A stretch of DNA of 61,979 nt, counting the filler, from Chiloscyllium plagiosum (taxonomy: Eukaryota), in assembly GCF_004010195.1 (NCBI RefSeq). It is 3 parts of one record of this genome, joined end to end, with 100 filler letters (N's around TTAATTAATTAA, not from the genome) between each part and the next. Parts side by side here need not be neighbours in the genome. Positions count along the whole stretch, not along the records: positions 54,566 to 61,979 come from NC_057716.1; 2 more parts are not named here. One strand, 5' to 3'. The notes under the pieces were generated by a model. It worked only from the letters and a program-made list of their open reading frames with translations, was not told the DNA's origin and searched no databases. Shown in pieces: positions 60,001-61,979 of this stretch (its first letter is position 1; each line of letters starts with the position of its first letter). Position numbers and translations under genes: made by a program.

Positions 60001-60813
60001 TCTTTTACCTTTTTCATTGGCAGTTTATGCTTACAACTTTTGTCAATATACACCTCAGAAAACCAGCAATTCCTGTCCACACCTTACAATCACAGGATCG
60101 TAAACTCTGTACGATCGGAAATACAGCAAAGTTTACATTAGTACCAGTTTCCTTTCACCAGGCCCGTAGTCGGGGATGTTAAGACACTTGAAGAGTTTGT
60201 CCACGATTATTTTAACGTTTGTATGGTTGCCATGACAACTCTCATCTCGGGAAGTGCATTCCAGATCGCAATATCCTCTGGATGAAAAACAATGATCAAA
60301 TCCTCTGTAAAACTTATTCATTCACTTTAAAAATGTGCTGTCTTGCTCTTGATCCTTTGAATAGAGGGAACAGCTGCTGTGTATACAGCTTGTCCATCTG
60401 AATCAGGTCCATCTCAGGTTTCTCTGCTGCAATTTAAACAATCTTAGATTATCCAGCCTCTTGTCATTGCCGATGTGCTCCATCCCAAATAACATACGAA
60501 TGAATCTACTCTGCACTCCATTTAGTGCAATCACATGCTTCCTGGAATGTGGCACCACTACCTACGCACAGTATTCTATCTTGGCCTCTAACCAAAGTCC
60601 TGTATAACCGTTATAATATGTATCTCGATGAGTAAAGGCTATGCTTACGATCCACAATTCTTAATTCGACTTTTAAACTGTCCAGTCACATTCAGGGATC
60701 TGTGGAAAAACACTCTCTGAGCTTCCTTGTGTGCCACCATTCATTGAGCGCTCCCCTGTATGGTTCCTTTTTCCAAAGTGCATCATCTTATATTTATCAG
60801 GGTTACATTTCAT
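57080..60813 (+). repeat. Direct segmental duplication: 57080-58251 (ends in gap) versus 59640-~60813, offset ~2.56 kb
   Basis: Colinear high identity with scattered substitutions and small indels; the duplicated ORF pairs in the ORF track confirm it. Confidence 0.93.
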
Positions 60814-61900
60814 CTGCCAATGATCTGCCCATCTAACCATTCCGTCTATACTTTCCTGATACATAAAACCTTCCTCCTCACAGCCAAAGTTGGTGTCAAA
60901 CCCAAACTTACCCATCAGCCTCCCTTACCTCCCTTAATATTCACATCGACATCATTTAGGATTAACACAAATAACAAGGGGCATACCATTGGTGACTATG
61001 GTACACCAGGGGGTTACTGGTTTCCAGTCACACAAGCAGACCTTCCCACAGCACCCTCTGTGCCTGATACTGAGACAAGTTGAGTGTAGTATCCCAAGTT
61101 ACCCTTGATAACATAGATGTTACTTCATTTATCAGTTTCCCATGTGGGGCTTTGTCAAAGACCTGGTTGAAAAACCGTCTAAATGAACTCCCCCAAAAGG
61201 TTTAATAAAATTCGTTCAGCATTACTTCTCTTTGATGACCTCGTGTAGGCAAACACTGATCAAACATTGTTTCTCTGAATGAAGATCAATTTCGTCCCTC
61301 CCGATTTCCGCAACACTTTCCCTAACACTGATCTGACACTCAGTTCCCTGGCCTACCTCCACCACCCATCGGGTAAAGGGTGTTCTCCAGTTCTATAGCA
61401 CCTCTCCTGTCACCAGATTCTACTGAAATCTCCTGAAGGGTTTGGGCCTTTCGTCTCTTGTCTCCAACAGAAGCTCGAGATACAACCCATCCAGATCCGT
61501 GGGAGTGTCCAGTTTTATACCAGCCAAAACCATCAAACGCTGCTCACATCTGCTATCAATCTGCTCAACAATTTGCCAGTCCATCTTCAATAATTCTGTA
61601 CCTGCCTCCTTTTACCATGTAAAACAGATGTGAAGCTCACATGTCCCAATCTATCAATGTGCTCCAGCGACATAAACAGATTTCTCCTTGGTATTTAATA
61701 GGCCTCAATTGTTCCCTCGTCATTCTGTTCTGCTTGGTGTTCTTGTGCAATATGTTGGGATTTCGCTAACCTTGCTCACACTTGTCAATACCCCTATGTT
61801 CGTCACTCTGCTCTGTGCGATTTTTACTTTAAGTTTAACTGCGATCACCTCTCATTCTCTGAATGTCTGGAGGGCACAGGCCTAACTTCCTAAGCAGACA
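58864..61900 (-). mobile_element. Mosaic of old CR1 fragments
   Basis: Minus strand GKILRSIIKE, WADHWQMKCNPDKYKMMHFG, PGVP, FDKAPH. Confidence 0.75.
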
Positions 61901-61979
61901 ATCTTGCCATCTGAGGGATTAATCTTGAGAACTTCCATTCAGTATATGGGATCAGTGCGTTCTACTTAAATCAGGACAG

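Overview
This is vertebrate, repeat-dominated DNA with no recognisable host protein-coding exon. It is very probably a shark or other elasmobranch, judged from HE1-type tRNA-derived V-SINEs with (TCTAA)n tails and abundant CR1/HER1-like LINEs. Most of the window is decayed retroelements: many CR1 LINE fragments (two near full length), HE1 SINEs, Penelope-like elements in inverted arrangements, a Gmr1-type (integrase-before-RT) LTR retrotransposon, and an endogenous retrovirus fragment. Five things stand out. (1) About a dozen minimal hammerhead-ribozyme motifs (CUGANGA...GAAA..NUH) are carried by three Penelope-related repeat families, several with intact cores. (2) The ERV pol fragment has a 2H-phosphodiesterase-like domain between protease and RT. 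(3) There is a decayed tRNA cluster: Glu x3, intron-containing Arg-TCT, Ile-TAT-like, and a ~3 kb tandem unit repeated about four times. (4) Three independent near-perfect short inverted duplications all have 450-510 bp spacers. (5) CpG appears to be retained in old repeats right of ~9 kb. Two 100-N gaps contain an artificial TTAATTAATTAA linker, so the three segments they separate may not be contiguous. All calls were made by eye and repeat boundaries are approximate.
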